64,000 nucleotides of DNA, from contig OZ223268.1 in the NCBI GenBank assembly GCA_965140585.1, forward strand, positions 96,001 through 160,000. Reading direction: 5' to 3'. Below, in pieces: positions 18,313-28,596 of this stretch. The number at the start of each line of letters is the position of its first letter. Position 1 is the first letter of the stretch. A model generated the notes under the pieces. The model was not told the DNA's origin, made no database searches, and saw nothing but the letters and a program-made list of their open reading frames with translations. The position numbers were made by a program, and so were the translations under genes. Source of the DNA: Spirochaetia bacterium. GTDB taxonomy: Bacteria; Spirochaetota; Spirochaetia; UBA9216.

Positions 18313-18525
18313 ATGCCGGGTAAACCTAAACTTAAGATTGGGAGTTACCTTGTTTCGAGAGGCCTGATTTCAGTCGAACAGGCAAAAAAGATAAAACTGA
18401 TTCAGGAAAAACTTGGACCGGACAAATCTGAAAGATTCGGCAGAATTGCCGTAGAAGTTGGCTTTATTAAGGAAAGCGAACTGAAACAGGCCATGCGTGA
18501 AAAACATGAGCTTGAAAACAAGTGA
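18313..18525 (+). CDS. Standalone MshEN-like (type II secretion GspE N-terminal) small protein
   Basis: KIGSYLVSRGLIS...Q followed by RFGRIAVEVGFI; CAGGAGG RBS before ATG 18313. Confidence 0.7.
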   Translation: MPGKPKLKIGSYLVSRGLISVEQAKKIKLIQEKLGPDKSERFGRIAVEVGFIKESELKQAMREKHELENK

Positions 18526-18540
18526 GAAAAACAGCCGGAA

Positions 18541-19062
18541 TTGAACAAACGAATATTACTTATCATAGACATGCAGCAGGCTCTGGCTGATGAACAGCCC
18601 CATGACTTTAACATAGTCCTGAATAACATTCAGCAGCTTCTTATCAATCAGCGTATTAATCGCCAGCCCGTTATTCACGTTCAGCACTGCGCCGGACGCG
18701 GAACCGAACTTGAACCTGACACTCCGGGCTGGCAGATAGTCGAAGAGCTGAAACCTGCAGAAGGTGAACTTGTGATAAAAAAGCGGTTCAACTGCTCATT
18801 CAAATACACCAATCTTGAAGAAGAAATAAGAAAACACGGCGATTTTTCAGAACTGGTGATAACCGGAATGCAGACCGAATACTGTGTTGACACAACAATT
18901 CGCTCCGCATATGAAAAAAGCTTCAAAGTGATTGTCCCCGAAAAGACTCACACAACATTCGACAATGAATACCTCACTGCCGAGCAGATCTATAATCACC
19001 ATAACAGAATCTTCAAAAACCGCTTTGCAGAGATAATCCCCGTTGAAGATCTTCTGCAGTAA
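18541..19062 (+). CDS. Isochorismatase-like cysteine hydrolase
   Basis: LLIIDMQ, VIKK and GMQTEYCVDTT catalytic motifs. Confidence 0.9.
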   Translation: MNKRILLIIDMQQALADEQPHDFNIVLNNIQQLLINQRINRQPVIHVQHCAGRGTELEPDTPGWQIVEELKPAEGELVIKKRFNCSFKYTNLEEEIRKHGDFSELVITGMQTEYCVDTTIRSAYEKSFKVIVPEKTHTTFDNEYLTAEQIYNHHNRIFKNRFAEIIPVEDLLQ

Positions 19063-19154
19063 AAAAACCTTAATCAAACAGTTACAATCCTTAAAACCAA
19101 AGCCTTAGCTCCCTCCTTGAAAATTTCGCGGTATTGCTGTAGCTTCAAGATACC

Positions 19155-20747
19155 TTGAAAATAATATTTACCGTAATACATATAGAAAACACCCCTCCGG
19201 CCTTCCCCCTTGCAGCTGCCGTTCTTAAAACCGCAGTTGAACAGAACCCGCAGCTTGCCGGCTGGAGCACAGGAATTCGCGACTTCTACCTTCCTGCAGA
19301 ACCCGATGTAATTGCTTCAAAGCTGACCGGAACAGGAGCCGAGGTTATAGCATTTTCCTGCTATACATGGAATGCTGAAGCAGTTCTGCAGACAGCGGCT
19401 CTCATCCGGAAGAACAACCCCGGAACCATTATGATAGCCGGAGGCTCCCAGGTAACAGCTGCGCCCGATGATTTTGCAGGCTCATCACTTTTTAATTTTA
19501 TAGTTACCGGTGAAGGTGAAAAAGCAGTTCAGCAGATTCTGTCAAATCTGCCTGCTGAAAAAGCAGAGATTGAAAAACTTGCGGTAGAATCTGTAAATAT
19601 TCTTATTCACAGCGATACTGCTGATTTTTCATCATCAGTATCCCCCTACCCGTCTTTACTCTCGGCAAAATCGAGGTACAAGGGAGTCTTATGGGAAATT
19701 ACAAGAGGATGTCCTTATAACTGCAGCTTCTGCTATGAAGCCGGAGGCGAGAAAGGAATCAGGCAGATCAGCCCCACCCGCATCAAAGAGGAGTTAGAAT
19801 TTTTCCGCTCCCTTAAAGTAAAAAAGATATGGGTCCTTGACCCAACCTTCAACTTCAAAAGTTCCGAGGCTGCTGAAATCCTTAGATTGATTATTGAGAC
19901 CTACCCTGATGCCGAATATACATTTGAAATAAGAGTCGAACTGATGACCCTGGAACTCTGCGAGCTTTTTTCAGAGCTTGATTGCAGCCTTCAGATTGGT
20001 CTTCAAAGTACCGATGCTGAGGTTTTAAAGCTGGCGAACAGAAAGCTTGATGTTGAAAAGTTTATCAGCAACTGCCTGATGATGAGTGACTACGGTCTGC
20101 GGTTTGGAATAGATTTGATATATGGGCTGCCGGGTGACAGCATTGACAGGTTTATAGAATCAGTCGATTTTGCGGTATCTGCAATGCCGAACAACATAGA
20201 TATTTTTCCCCTTTCCATTCTCCCCGGAACAAAATTAAGTACACAAACACAGGATTTCGGCATACAGCACACCGGCTTCCCCGATTACAGAATAACCGGC
20301 TCTGAGACATTTTCAGCAGAGGACCTTTCAAAAGCCGATGAACTGACTGCCGTACTGGATCGAATTTATAACATCGAGCGTTCATTTATCTGGCTAGGAG
20401 CCGTCTGCAGAGAGCTGGATCTGAAACCGTCTGCTCTTCTGATGCGTATGGCCGGTACAGAAAACTTTCGCAGCATTACTACCGCAGAGTTTCTGAGAAA
20501 CACATTCCTGAGCACCGGAAAAAAGCAAATCTGGCAGATAATCAGAAGTTTTATAATCTGGAGTGAAGCCGCAGAGAAAGCCTTTTCCTGTCCCGGTGAA
20601 CAGATAAAAATCACGCTTTCCTACCCTCCTGAGATACTCGATGAACTGATTGCCAGCCCTGCATCAGATATCATCAAGGCTAACGGACAAAGCTGTGAGA
20701 AAAGTTACACCCTGTTTTTTGACGGTGAAGAACTCTATATAAATTAG
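19155..20747 (+). CDS. B12-binding domain radical SAM protein
   Basis: FSCYTWN, AGG and GEGE cobalamin-domain motifs; RGCPYNCSFC; GLPGD. Confidence 0.88.
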   Translation: MKIIFTVIHIENTPPAFPLAAAVLKTAVEQNPQLAGWSTGIRDFYLPAEPDVIASKLTGTGAEVIAFSCYTWNAEAVLQTAALIRKNNPGTIMIAGGSQVTAAPDDFAGSSLFNFIVTGEGEKAVQQILSNLPAEKAEIEKLAVESVNILIHSDTADFSSSVSPYPSLLSAKSRYKGVLWEITRGCPYNCSFCYEAGGEKGIRQISPTRIKEELEFFRSLKVKKIWVLDPTFNFKSSEAAEILRLIIETYPDAEYTFEIRVELMTLELCELFSELDCSLQIGLQSTDAEVLKLANRKLDVEKFISNCLMMSDYGLRFGIDLIYGLPGDSIDRFIESVDFAVSAMPNNIDIFPLSILPGTKLSTQTQDFGIQHTGFPDYRITGSETFSAEDLSKADELTAVLDRIYNIERSFIWLGAVCRELDLKPSALLMRMAGTENFRSITTAEFLRNTFLSTGKKQIWQIIRSFIIWSEAAEKAFSCPGEQIKITLSYPPEILDELIASPASDIIKANGQSCEKSYTLFFDGEELYIN

Positions 20748-20759
20748 TAATCTTACCGC

Positions 20760-20788
20760 TTGTACCCCTGCCGGGCCGGTGATATACT
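20760..20788 (+). promoter_or_regulatory. Sigma70-type promoter with extended -10, probably leaderless
   Basis: TTGTAC-17 nt-TATACT preceded by TGn, then 6 nt to ATG 20795. Confidence 0.55.
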
Positions 20789-20794
20789 TAACAT

Positions 20795-22255
20795 ATGTAC
20801 AGTTATTCTATAAAACCTGATGTACCGCAGAAACTTACAGAACTTGCCGAATCAGCCAGATACGATGTCTGTCTTGCAACATGCTCGACTGGAAAAAGCG
20901 GACAGAGAGGCAGGACAAGAGATCCGCAGAATCCGCTCACCGACTGGATCTACCCTGCATCCGTTCCCGGACAGGGGACTGTATTCATCCTCAAAGTACT
21001 GCAGTCCAACCAGTGCAGAAATAAGTGTACATACTGCAAATTCGCAACCAGCAACGGCAGCCTTCGCCGTGTAACAATGTCGCCGGAAGAGCTATCAGCA
21101 TCTTTTATACAGATGTACCGTGCGAGGCTTGTGGACGGTTTGTTTGTTTCATCAGGGGTTTCATGCAGTCCGGACTCATCGATGCAGAATATGGTCAAAA
21201 CCGCAGAAATTCTCCGATTTAAGTACAAATTCAGGGGCTATCTGCATTTAAAAGTAATTCCCGGCTGCTCAGAGAACCTGATAGAAGCAGCAGCCCGTTA
21301 TGCCGACAGACTTTCCATCAACCTTGAAGCCCCTGAAGCCGGCTACCTCCGTCAGATAGCACCCGACAAGGACTTATACAAAGACATATTGCCTGCGGCA
21401 GAATCAGTTGCCGGGCTGCTGCGGAAAAAAGCGGAAGACGGCGGACAATCCTATATCAGAGCTAAAAGCCAAACCACCCAGTTTGTCGTAGGCGCAGCAG
21501 ATGAAAAAGATCTGGACATCATGAATACAGTTGATTACCTTTACCGTGATTTTCACATGTTCAGGGCATACTTCTCAGCCTACCAGGAAAGAGGCGGCCA
21601 TGAGACACCGGCAGCATCCGGAAGGCTGCAGGCAGGCATCGGCAGCATCATGAAAACAGAAGGGGAAGAATTCAGGGGTTCTCCTCTTTTAAGGGAACAC
21701 CGCCTTTATCAGTGCGATTTTCTGTTACGGGCTTACGGGTTCCGCCTCCCCGACCTTGTTTTTGATGAACGGGGAAATATACCTCTTGAGACTGATCCCA
21801 AAACAGCATATGCGGTAATGAATCAAAGCCTCTTCCCTGTTGATATAAACAAAGCATCAATGGAGGAATTGCTCAGGGTGCCTGGTATCGGCCCTCAATC
21901 TGCGGAACGCATAGTCAGCACACGTTCAAATGACAAATTCAGGAGCCTCGATGAGCTCAAGGCAACAGGGGCCTGGACACGGAGGGCCGCTTCATGGATT
22001 GAGATAGACGGAAGAAGACCGGATATCCCCGACAGAAAAAATACCGATCATGAATTCGATGCTGATCAGGGATGGCTTTTTGAGGAGCTTGCGCCTGATA
22101 ACTGGAAGACTTCAATGGAAAGAAAGGATCTTGATTATAAATCCCGGAAAGACCCTGCAAAGGCAGAGGAAAGCATCTATGAATACCCGGGCCAGAAAGG
22201 GAAATGGGTTAATTACCAGATGAAAAAGAAGGATCCGAGAATAATGTGCAGGTAA
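20795..22255 (+). CDS. Putative DNA modification/repair radical SAM protein with helix-hairpin-helix motif
   Basis: CRNKCTYC, YLHLKVIPG, LREHRLYQCDFLLRAYGF and LLRVPGIG motifs. Confidence 0.88.
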   Translation: MYSYSIKPDVPQKLTELAESARYDVCLATCSTGKSGQRGRTRDPQNPLTDWIYPASVPGQGTVFILKVLQSNQCRNKCTYCKFATSNGSLRRVTMSPEELSASFIQMYRARLVDGLFVSSGVSCSPDSSMQNMVKTAEILRFKYKFRGYLHLKVIPGCSENLIEAAARYADRLSINLEAPEAGYLRQIAPDKDLYKDILPAAESVAGLLRKKAEDGGQSYIRAKSQTTQFVVGAADEKDLDIMNTVDYLYRDFHMFRAYFSAYQERGGHETPAASGRLQAGIGSIMKTEGEEFRGSPLLREHRLYQCDFLLRAYGFRLPDLVFDERGNIPLETDPKTAYAVMNQSLFPVDINKASMEELLRVPGIGPQSAERIVSTRSNDKFRSLDELKATGAWTRRAASWIEIDGRRPDIPDRKNTDHEFDADQGWLFEELAPDNWKTSMERKDLDYKSRKDPAKAEESIYEYPGQKGKWVNYQMKKKDPRIMCR

Positions 22256-22256
22256 A

Positions 22257-22988
22257 TCAGACGTTTTCCCGGTACTGCCTCAGCCTGCCGATAATATCAT
22301 TGATATGCTTAATCATCGCATCTTCAGGCTCGGTTTTTGAGGTTCCCCTGATGCTGTTTATTATGGCCATATGCTCCTCTATAGCATAATCATAGCTCTC
22401 GAATATCACATATGTGGCCTTGATTTCCTCAAACATAAAATCGCGAAGAACGTTGTAAATCGACACAAACAGATCATTACCGCTGCTCTTGATGATTACA
22501 TGATGAAAGTTATAATCACATTCAATAAGCTCTTCTATGGACTTGTTGCCGATGGCAATCTTCATCTGCTCAAGAACCTCTTCAAGCTCATCGGCTACAG
22601 CCCTGCGCTTTCCCGGATTCTCATGTTCAGTGTTTTTCAGGTTCTTAAGTGTCCATACTTCCAGAGCGCCGCGCATTTCTACCATGTTGAACAGTTCATT
22701 CTTTCCAAGCAGGATTGCCCAGGTAAGGGCTTCAGATGATATGTTGGCGCTGTCGGCAACAAAAGTTCCCTTGGCAGCCTTTGATTCAAGAATTCCAAGA
22801 TAGTTGAAAACTCTGACAGCCTCCCTTATGGAAGATCTTCCTATGCCGAAGCGTTCAGCAAGCTCATGTTCGGTAGGTATACGATCGCCTGAACTGTATT
22901 TACCCGATGCAATCAGGTCGCGGATCTGTTCCATGACCTGTGCTACGACTGTCTTCTGTTTAATTACTACTCTGGATTCATCACTCAT
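22257..22988 (-). CDS. GntR/FadR family transcriptional regulator
   Basis: PTEHELAERFGIGRSSIREA HTH, GTFV, and FCD domain (DYNFH...EEH). Confidence 0.92.
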   Translation of the reverse strand: MSDESRVVIKQKTVVAQVMEQIRDLIASGKYSSGDRIPTEHELAERFGIGRSSIREAVRVFNYLGILESKAAKGTFVADSANISSEALTWAILLGKNELFNMVEMRGALEVWTLKNLKNTEHENPGKRRAVADELEEVLEQMKIAIGNKSIEELIECDYNFHHVIIKSSGNDLFVSIYNVLRDFMFEEIKATYVIFESYDYAIEEHMAIINSIRGTSKTEPEDAMIKHINDIIGRLRQYRENV

Positions 22989-23051
22989 AACGAATCATTA
23001 TCGAGTATATTGATAATTTTTACAACAACTTCATCAGACAATTAGACATTG

Positions 23052-23086
23052 GAGCAGGTCTAAAAAGTAAATTTTTAGACCTGCTC
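23052..23086. terminator. Perfect 15-bp hairpin right after the paaK stop
   Basis: GAGCAGGTCTAAAAA-GTAAA-TTTTTAGACCTGCTC; no U-tract after it on the minus strand. Confidence 0.5.
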
Positions 23087-23089
23087 TTA

Positions 23090-24403
23090 TTAAAACTGCT
23101 GTTCCCGTTCATCAAGAACCCGTTTTGCCTTGCCCTCTGAAACAGGAAGGACTCCATGTTCATGAAGTTCAACTACAGGACTGATAGAAATAGAAGCCTT
23201 AAGATTCTCACCTATCTTCTTCTTTAATGCATACAGGTCCCTGGTATCGTCGGTAAGGATCTCAGGTGTGATTTCAGTTTTAACAATCAGCTTATCAAGA
23301 GGCCCGTTTTTCTGAACGACAATAAGGTAGTTGGTTCCAACCTCGGGCATCCGCATAATCACCTCTTCAATCTGTGAGGGGAACACATTCACGCCGTTGA
23401 TTATAAGCATGTCGTCAGTTCTGCCCTTCATACGGGCAATTCGGCGATGAGTACGTCCGCACTGGCAGGTCCCGGGAATAATACGTGAAAGATCCCTGGT
23501 CCGGTAGCGCAGCAGCGGCATTGCCTCACGGTTAAGAATTGTAAGAACAAGTTCGCCTTCTTCACCGTCGGGAACCGGCTGCAGGGTATCCGGGTCGATT
23601 ATTTCAACAATGTATGCGTCTTCCCAGACATGCATGCAGTCGCGGTATACACATTCAAAGGCGAGGCCGGGACCGTTCATCTCTGAAAGCCCATATGAAT
23701 TGTATGCCTCGATATTCCAGAGTTTCTCGATCTTTTTTCGGATATCCTCGGAATGCGGTTCGGCACCGATATATGCCTTCTTCAGCTTCAGGTCCCCGGG
23801 CTTGTATCCGAACTCGGACATCCTTGAATGAAGATAAAGCATATAGCTTGGTGTAGCATGAACAACCGAAGTGCTGAAGTCTTTCATCATCTTGAACTGC
23901 TTGGCGGTATTACCTGAACTTGCTGGAATAACCATCATGCCAAGGTTCTCTGCACCGTAATGCAGGCCCAGACCTCCTGTAAAAAGCCCGTAGGTCATCA
24001 TATTCTGAAAAACATCATTAGGCTGTGCTCCGGTCGCCACTATTGATCGGGTAGTAATCTCGGTCGATCTTTTAAGATCAGCAGCTGAGAGATAAATTAC
24101 AGTGGGGGTGCCTGTTGTACCGCTTGATGCATGCATCCGCACAACATCATCACGGTCAACGGCAAGCATTCCATAAGGGTATGAATCACGAAGATCATTC
24201 TTCGTTGTAAAGGGAATCTTTGAAAGATCGGCAAGTGTTCTGATATCATCGCCGGAACTCAGTCCGTGCTCCTTCAGTCTTTTTCCATAAAAATCAGTCT
24301 TAAACGCCTGATCTACTGTCTTTTTCAGACCTTCAAGCTGAATCTTCTCAATGCCTTCCCTGTCAAGAGTTTCTATCTCTTTATCGTAGTATCTAATCTC
24401 CAT
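23090..24403 (-). CDS. paaK: Phenylacetate--CoA ligase family protein
   Basis: HASSGTTG, YGLFTGGLGLHYG, YGLSE, RYRTRDLS and GRTDDMLIINGVNVFP motifs. Confidence 0.92.
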   Translation of the reverse strand: MEIRYYDKEIETLDREGIEKIQLEGLKKTVDQAFKTDFYGKRLKEHGLSSGDDIRTLADLSKIPFTTKNDLRDSYPYGMLAVDRDDVVRMHASSGTTGTPTVIYLSAADLKRSTEITTRSIVATGAQPNDVFQNMMTYGLFTGGLGLHYGAENLGMMVIPASSGNTAKQFKMMKDFSTSVVHATPSYMLYLHSRMSEFGYKPGDLKLKKAYIGAEPHSEDIRKKIEKLWNIEAYNSYGLSEMNGPGLAFECVYRDCMHVWEDAYIVEIIDPDTLQPVPDGEEGELVLTILNREAMPLLRYRTRDLSRIIPGTCQCGRTHRRIARMKGRTDDMLIINGVNVFPSQIEEVIMRMPEVGTNYLIVVQKNGPLDKLIVKTEITPEILTDDTRDLYALKKKIGENLKASISISPVVELHEHGVLPVSEGKAKRVLDEREQQF

Positions 24404-24430
24404 AGTGCTGCCCTTATGATATGTACTTTT

Positions 24431-24994
24431 TCAGCCTCTTCCTGCTCGGAAAGCTGCAATGTTCTGATTTATGATATCCTCACCCTTTGATGAGAAAAGA
24501 TTTTTTATAGCCGATTCAATATTTTCCTGATTAATAGGAAGATATTTGGAAGCGGCACCGATCATTGCCATATTGGTCGATTTCATGTTTCCGGCTTCCT
24601 GGGCAATTGCCTTAGCCTGAACAATCTCAGCCTGACCGGTTTTCTCAACATTCTTGAGAATTTCCGCCTCTTCAGGATAATCGGGGATATTTATTACTGG
24701 TGATGATGCAGTAATAAGCTTTCCGTCTGCCTTAAGGTATTCAAGGTAGCGAAGGCTTTCCAGCGGCTCCATACTCAGAATCATATCCGCAGAACCGAAA
24801 CCAATTAAATCACCGGGGATCTCGCAGTCGGAGATTCTGAGGTGAGACATTACTGCGCCTCCCCTCTGAGCCATTCCGTGAACCTCGGACTGACGGACCT
24901 TAAGCCCCTGAAGCATGGCTCCTGTTGCAATTCCAGCCGCTACCGACAGAACTCCCTGTCCGCCTACTCCGGCTAGTATGATGTCGTATTTCAT
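24431..24994 (-). CDS. iorB: Indolepyruvate:ferredoxin oxidoreductase beta subunit
   Basis: GVGGQG and SEVHGMAQRGG motifs; overlaps the iorA stop. Confidence 0.93.
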   Translation of the reverse strand: MKYDIILAGVGGQGVLSVAAGIATGAMLQGLKVRQSEVHGMAQRGGAVMSHLRISDCEIPGDLIGFGSADMILSMEPLESLRYLEYLKADGKLITASSPVINIPDYPEEAEILKNVEKTGQAEIVQAKAIAQEAGNMKSTNMAMIGAASKYLPINQENIESAIKNLFSSKGEDIINQNIAAFRAGRG

Positions 24995-26595
24995 TTTGCG
25001 CCTCCGGATTTTCTGTTCTTTCTTGCTGTTTCAAGGCATTCTCTCAGTGCAATAATTACTGAAAGGCCTTTGTATTCCATCTCAGCCTTGATGACTGCTG
25101 TATTTTCCTCGTGGTGCTTTTTAAGCGGAGTGATGGTTTTAATGTGCTGCGGATCAACTCCGATGCCTTCAAGAACCGATTTAATCCTTGATGAAGGAAT
25201 AATAGTTTCCTGCCCGCCGGTCATAGCAACTGTTTCATTGTCCAGAATTATAAGAGTCATGGGAGTTTTGCATGCTACCGCGTCAACCAGCGGGGAAAGT
25301 CCGGAATGCATGAAGGTACTGTCTCCGATTACAGCAACTACCGGCTCAAACCCGGCTTCAGCTGCACCCTTTGCGGTACCCACAGATGCGCCCATACAGA
25401 TAATGGTTTCAATTGCATTATACGGAGGCAGAGCCCCAAGCGAGTAACAACCGATATCAGAAGTAACAATAGAGTTGTCAAACGATTTTCTGGCTTCGTT
25501 AAGTGCAGCATAAGTATCCGCATGCGGACAACCCTTGCACAGCTGGGGAGGCCGGCCGGGAAGCGCCATTTCGGCAGAAGGTCCCTTTCTTGAGTCAAGT
25601 CCGAGTGCAGGTCTGATATTATCAGGATTCAGCTCTCCGGCTGCAGGTACAGGGCCGTCAATCTTTCCGGATATTTCTACACTCTGTTTTAAAAATCCCC
25701 GGAGGTAACGTTCAACAAATGAACACCCCTCTTCAAGAATTACAATCTTATCAACTGAATCTGCAAGCTTCCGTACCAGGTCCCGGGGAACAGGATAGGC
25801 GCTTATGTGCAGATGCGAAGGCTTCTGACCAAGTTCTTCGGCGGCTTCATCGTAGTAGTTTCGGCCGAGTCCTGTTGTAATTACACCGAAATCTTTGAAG
25901 CTGCTGTTAATTGTAAGAGAGTTAAATGATGATGCGGATGTGTAGTCTGTAAAATCCTTCTGCTGATCAAGCAGTGTAGCCCAGTTCTTTCTGGCCATTG
26001 CCGGAAGCAGCATCCAGCCTCTTACATTGTCTGTTTTTTCCAGGCTGTTCTGAGCCCTCTTTTCACCGGGAACAACTACTGCACGGGAATGAGCCAGCCT
26101 GGTTACAATTCTTATCATGACAGGAATATGAAACTTCTCTGAAAGGTCAAAGGCCTCCCTGGTCATCTCATAAGTTTCCTGCTGGTTTCTGGGTTCAAGG
26201 CAGATAATACGTGCAAAATCGGCAAAATACCGAGAATCCTGTTCACCCTGTGATGAATGCATCCCCGGGTCATCAGCAACAGCAATAACCAATCCGCCCT
26301 TGATGTCCAGAAGAGCCGAGTTCATAAAGGGGTCAGCCGCAACATTAAGTCCTACATGTTTCATTGTTACAAGCGAACGTTTTCCTACAAAGGAGGCTCC
26401 GAGTGTCTCTTCATATGCTGTCTTTTCGTTTGAACTCCAGGAGGCAAATATATTACCTGTCTTATTTGAATAATTTAAAAGGTATTCCATTATCTCGCTT
26501 GATGGAGTTCCAGGATAACCATATGCCGATGATATACCGGCATCTATTGCGCCCAATGCAAGCGCTTCATCGCCTAAAAGGACCATTTCGCCCAT
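24991..26595 (-). CDS. iorA: Indolepyruvate:ferredoxin oxidoreductase alpha subunit (no C-terminal ferredoxin domain visible)
   Basis: YPGTPS, NEK, MKHVGLNVAAD, LCKGCPH, DIGC and TPP motif GDSTF...DN; GGAG RBS before ATG 26595. Confidence 0.93.
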   Translation of the reverse strand: MGEMVLLGDEALALGAIDAGISSAYGYPGTPSSEIMEYLLNYSNKTGNIFASWSSNEKTAYEETLGASFVGKRSLVTMKHVGLNVAADPFMNSALLDIKGGLVIAVADDPGMHSSQGEQDSRYFADFARIICLEPRNQQETYEMTREAFDLSEKFHIPVMIRIVTRLAHSRAVVVPGEKRAQNSLEKTDNVRGWMLLPAMARKNWATLLDQQKDFTDYTSASSFNSLTINSSFKDFGVITTGLGRNYYDEAAEELGQKPSHLHISAYPVPRDLVRKLADSVDKIVILEEGCSFVERYLRGFLKQSVEISGKIDGPVPAAGELNPDNIRPALGLDSRKGPSAEMALPGRPPQLCKGCPHADTYAALNEARKSFDNSIVTSDIGCYSLGALPPYNAIETIICMGASVGTAKGAAEAGFEPVVAVIGDSTFMHSGLSPLVDAVACKTPMTLIILDNETVAMTGGQETIIPSSRIKSVLEGIGVDPQHIKTITPLKKHHEENTAVIKAEMEYKGLSVIIALRECLETARKNRKSGGAK

Positions 26596-26667
26596 GACAC
26601 TACTCCTTGATGAAAAATTAAAACCGGCACCGTATAACACGATACCGCGTATGGGTCTGTTAAAAGT

Positions 26668-28260
26668 TTATCTGCCTATACCGGCAAAGCACTTGTCTAC
26701 TATTTCAGGATCTTCCACTTTTGTACATAGGCTAACAGCAATTGTTACTATGATGGATACCGGAAGACCGAATACCAGCGGATCAACAAAATCCCAGATT
26801 CCGCCCAGAAGCGTCACCTTTCCGGTAAGAGCCTCGCAAATACCGAAGACCGCAGCCTCTTTTGCGTGCAGAAAAAGATAGGCAAAAATCTGTACACCAA
26901 GACCGGATACAATTCCGGCGATTGCCCCCCGGCGTGTAAGCCGTTTCCAGAAAAGCGAGGCTGTGTAGGGAGCCAGAAAGCCGGAAGCCATTATACCGAA
27001 AAAGATAGCCGTTGCACGGGCAATAATTCCGGGCCCCAGTCTCAGAGAGAGAAGGACAGTAAAAATAATTGATAAAACCATTCCGACACGGGTTATAAGC
27101 ACTCCCCCTGCCTTGGTTTTTCCCTTCATGATTCCGTATTCAAGGACATCGCGGCCGACAGCTGTGCCGACGGTGTGAAACAGAGAGCTGAGTGTGGACA
27201 TTGCTGCCGAGATAATCACCAGCATGAACAGGTATGCAAACCAGGTCGGCATAACATCTGAAATAAGCAGCGGCATTACGCTGTCCGGATTACCTCCGGC
27301 AGCCTGAATTGCAAGCTGTCCTGAAGTCTTCATAAAATACACATTGGATAAAGGCCCTACAACATAGGTTGTTCCCACGCAAACCAGAATAAACAGTCCT
27401 CCTATCAGGACCGCCCGGTGAATTTCCTTATCGCTTTTTACAGTCATATACCTTACAGCAAGCTGCGGCTGGGCTAAAACACCTATTCCGACACCGAAAA
27501 CCAGTGAAGAGTAGATTACCCACCACAGGGGACTGCCTGAGGCAGGAGATTTTGTCCAGCCCTGATGTCCGATAGCCCTCAGATTTTCAGGTACCATATC
27601 CGCCATGGCAGTCAGGGCGGAATGTGCCTCAACGATTCCGCCGAGTTTGTAGTAGATAAAAATCAGCAGAAACAGCATGCCTCCAAGCATTAAAGTGCCC
27701 TGAAAGGCATCGGCATACATGACGCTTTTTATACCGCCCATAATTACATAGGCGGCCACTACAATAGTAAGAATCGTTACAGAATAGATAAAGGGTATTC
27801 CAAGAAGACCTTCCATTATACGGGCGGCGCCGATTAAAACGGCCGCTGTGTATATAGGCATAAAAATAAAAATAACAAGCCCGCCGAACCACTGAATAAA
27901 CGGAGATCCTACTCTTCTTGAAAGGAATTCGGGAAAGGTCTGAGCACCTATATTAAGCCCCATTCGCCTTGTACGCGTTCCGTAGACAATAAATGCCAGA
28001 AAAATACCGACTATAATATTGCAGGCGGCAAGCCAGAGAAGACTCATTCCATACATCGATGAAACCCCTCCGAATCCGACAATTGCAGATGTCGAAATAA
28101 AGGTAGCTCCGTAGGACATGGCCATTATATAGGGATGAACCGAGCGCCCCCCGACCAGGTAGTCAGCAGAGTTTCTGGTTTGACGGTAACCTGCCCAGCC
28201 CAGAGATGCGATGACAGCCAGATATATTATGATGATTACAATTAAAGGAAAAATATGCAT
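26668..28260 (-). CDS. Sodium:solute symporter (SSS family)
   Basis: DYLVGGR, ISTSAIVGFGG, AQPQLAVRYM and SAAMSTLSS motifs. Confidence 0.93.
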   Translation of the reverse strand: MHIFPLIVIIIIYLAVIASLGWAGYRQTRNSADYLVGGRSVHPYIMAMSYGATFISTSAIVGFGGVSSMYGMSLLWLAACNIIVGIFLAFIVYGTRTRRMGLNIGAQTFPEFLSRRVGSPFIQWFGGLVIFIFMPIYTAAVLIGAARIMEGLLGIPFIYSVTILTIVVAAYVIMGGIKSVMYADAFQGTLMLGGMLFLLIFIYYKLGGIVEAHSALTAMADMVPENLRAIGHQGWTKSPASGSPLWWVIYSSLVFGVGIGVLAQPQLAVRYMTVKSDKEIHRAVLIGGLFILVCVGTTYVVGPLSNVYFMKTSGQLAIQAAGGNPDSVMPLLISDVMPTWFAYLFMLVIISAAMSTLSSLFHTVGTAVGRDVLEYGIMKGKTKAGGVLITRVGMVLSIIFTVLLSLRLGPGIIARATAIFFGIMASGFLAPYTASLFWKRLTRRGAIAGIVSGLGVQIFAYLFLHAKEAAVFGICEALTGKVTLLGGIWDFVDPLVFGLPVSIIVTIAVSLCTKVEDPEIVDKCFAGIGR

Positions 28261-28454
28261 CAGTCCATTTCTCCTGAAAGTTCTTTATCTACTTCGTATT
28301 TCTCGGCAAACCAGGCCCTTGCTTCATCCATTTCCTCAGTCGACACCTCGCCTCCAGAATTCCATTTCAGGAACCCGAAAACCGCACAGCCGGCTGCAGA
28401 AAATACTGTAAGGATAAAAGCAAGGAATACCGACAGATCAGGGATTCCAAGCAT
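28260..28454 (-). CDS. Symporter small accessory protein
   Basis: MLGIPD...CAVFGFLKWN single TM with acidic tail; overlaps the symporter start. Confidence 0.8.
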   Translation of the reverse strand: MLGIPDLSVFLAFILTVFSAAGCAVFGFLKWNSGGEVSTEEMDEARAWFAEKYEVDKELSGEMD

Positions 28455-28596
28455 TTTTGATTCTCCAGATTTTTATCTAAAATTATTTCACTGAGTTTAT
28501 CACTGATTTGATTTTTTTTGAAGCAAATTATTAATGAAAAAATAAGCGGAACCAATTCAAAAACCGGAACGGCATTTTGAATTGGTTTTTAAATAT

